Assembly: GCA_044229245.1 (NCBI GenBank)
Contig: JBGATI010000013.1
Location: forward strand, 16,809-80,808
DNA: 64,000 bases
Direction: 5' to 3'
From: Gemmatimonadales bacterium
GTDB taxonomy: Bacteria > Gemmatimonadota > Gemmatimonadetes > Gemmatimonadales > GWC2-71-9
In this document: positions 63,152-64,000 of the stretch, piece by piece
Layout of the letters: the number at the start of each line of letters is the position of its first letter
Position numbering within the stretch: the first letter of the stretch is position 1
Translations under genes and position numbers: made by a program
The notes under the pieces: generated by a model
What the model saw: only the letters and a program-made list of their open reading frames with translations
What the model was told of the DNA's origin: nothing
Database searches by the model: none

Positions 63152-64000
63152 TCAGCGGGCGAGCAGCGCGCGATAGGTGGCGAAGATGCCGTCGAACGCG
63201 GCGTCCCAGGAGTGATGCCGTTCGGCGAAGGCGCGGGCGATGCGGCCGAGGCTCTGCAGGTCGCCCCGCAGGAGCTCGGTGGCGGCGGTCGCGCAGGCGC
63301 CCGGATCGCCGGGATTGTAGAGCGCCCCGGCGCCGGAGGCACGCACCCGGTCGGCGACACCACCGGCATCCACCGACAACACCGGCAATCCCGAGGCCAT
63401 CGCCTCGAGGGCGCTGAGCCCGAAGGTCTCGGCCGGACCAGGGGCGACGTAGAGATCGGCCGCGGCGAGCAGGTCGGCGAGCTGGTCCCGGTCGCGCTGA
63501 TAGGGAATCCACCGCACCTGATGCGACTCAGCCATGGCGCGGAGGCGCGGCTCGCGGGGGCCCGCGCCCACGAGCACCAGCCAGGCGTCGGTACGGCGCT
63601 CCACCTCTCCCCATGCGGCCAGAACCGTCTCGAGCTGCTTCTCCTCCGCGAAGCGTCCCACGAAGATCGCGAGCGGCGCGTCGGGAAGGCCAAAGCGGCG
63701 GCGGGTCTCGGCCGCACGGGAGCGTCGTTCGGGGGTGAAGCGGTCGAGGTCGACGCCGAGGGCCACTCGGCGGACCTGCTCGACCCCCTCGGCCTCGAGC
63801 TGGCGCGCGACGCTTTCGGAAGCCACCAGCACCGCGCGATAGCCCGCGGCGAGGCGGCGGACGTAGCGCCAGGCGGCGGTGCTCGCCGCGCGGCGCAGCC
63901 CGCTCGCCGTCCCCGGATCGATGATCGCGGGAAAGTGGGTGTGATAGAACCAGACCAGCGGCGCCCGGAGCGAACGATTGGCATGCCGGGTCACCCACGG
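63152..64000 (-). CDS. GT4-family glycosyltransferase (5' end outside the window)
   Basis: FVGRFAEEKQLETVL...LVLVGAGP...AADLYVAPGPAETFGLSALEAMASGLPVL is the GT-B C-terminal domain with the E-x7-E region. The frame stays open to position 64000, so the track start at 63994 is probably internal. Confidence 0.8.
   Translation of the reverse strand, partial: PWVTRHANRSLRAPLVWFYHTHFPAIIDPGTASGLRRAASTAAWRYVRRLAAGYRAVLVASESVARQLEAEGVEQVRRVALGVDLDRFTPERRSRAAETRRRFGLPDAPLAIFVGRFAEEKQLETVLAAWGEVERRTDAWLVLVGAGPREPRLRAMAESHQVRWIPYQRDRDQLADLLAAADLYVAPGPAETFGLSALEAMASGLPVLSVDAGGVADRVRASGAGALYNPGDPGACATAATELLRGDLQSLGRIARAFAERHHSWDAAFDGIFATYRALLAR

Overview
This is a very GC-rich bacterial chromosomal segment (G+C judged by eye, not computed), densely packed with housekeeping and cell-envelope genes. 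The gene content and protein sequences suggest a Gemmatimonadota-like or related diderm lineage; that is an unverified inference. I call about 61 protein genes, and all but three (ppiD, rpmB and a cupin gene) lie on the minus strand. Many neighbours are joined by 1-17 nt start/stop overlaps.

In minus-strand transcription order, from 64000 downwards:
- a partial GT4 glycosyltransferase and a flippase-like membrane protein
- aspA (a cupin gene lies divergently on the plus strand)
- an Rrf2 regulator, a MoeB-rhodanese protein and tRNA-Leu(CAG)
- smpB, a cell-wall amidase and a TPR lipoprotein
- pyrD and pyrF
- an alpha-type ribosomal operon (rpmJ-rpsM-rpsK-rpsD-rpoA-rplQ), with rpmB convergent on the plus strand
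- gmd-rmd, carB and murB
- a WbpD/WbpE-like acetyltransferase/aminotransferase pair
- ugd, uxs and a UDP-GlcA-epimerase-like gene
- two TPR genes followed by bamD
- nadD, secA, radC, relA/spoT, an EVE-domain gene and uvrB
- tsaE-tsaB-rimI, ssb and an orphan Fae-like gene
- a ~330 nt structured gap
- a LysM protein, then tolQ-tolR-tolA-tolB-pal-ybgF
- a single 1185-codon ORF in which TatC is fused in frame to an LptD-like outer-membrane protein
- an FN3 lipoprotein and hutH
- an 853-aa acidic TPR protein, ispB, a small membrane protein and tatA (ppiD lies on the plus strand)
- a 732-aa acidic TPR protein carrying (EP)n repeats
- aroQ, pepP, accB and pilT (partial at the window edge)

I found no CRISPR array, rRNA, transposase or integrase.

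The items most worth follow-up are:
- the TatC::LptD in-frame fusion embedded in a Tol-Pal envelope super-operon
- the two giant acidic TPR/disordered-linker proteins
- the unexplained structured intergenic region at 24.3-24.6 kb, which carries an SRP-RNA-like apical motif
- the orphan Fae homologue

All homology statements come from reading the translations and recognising motifs. No database search was run.
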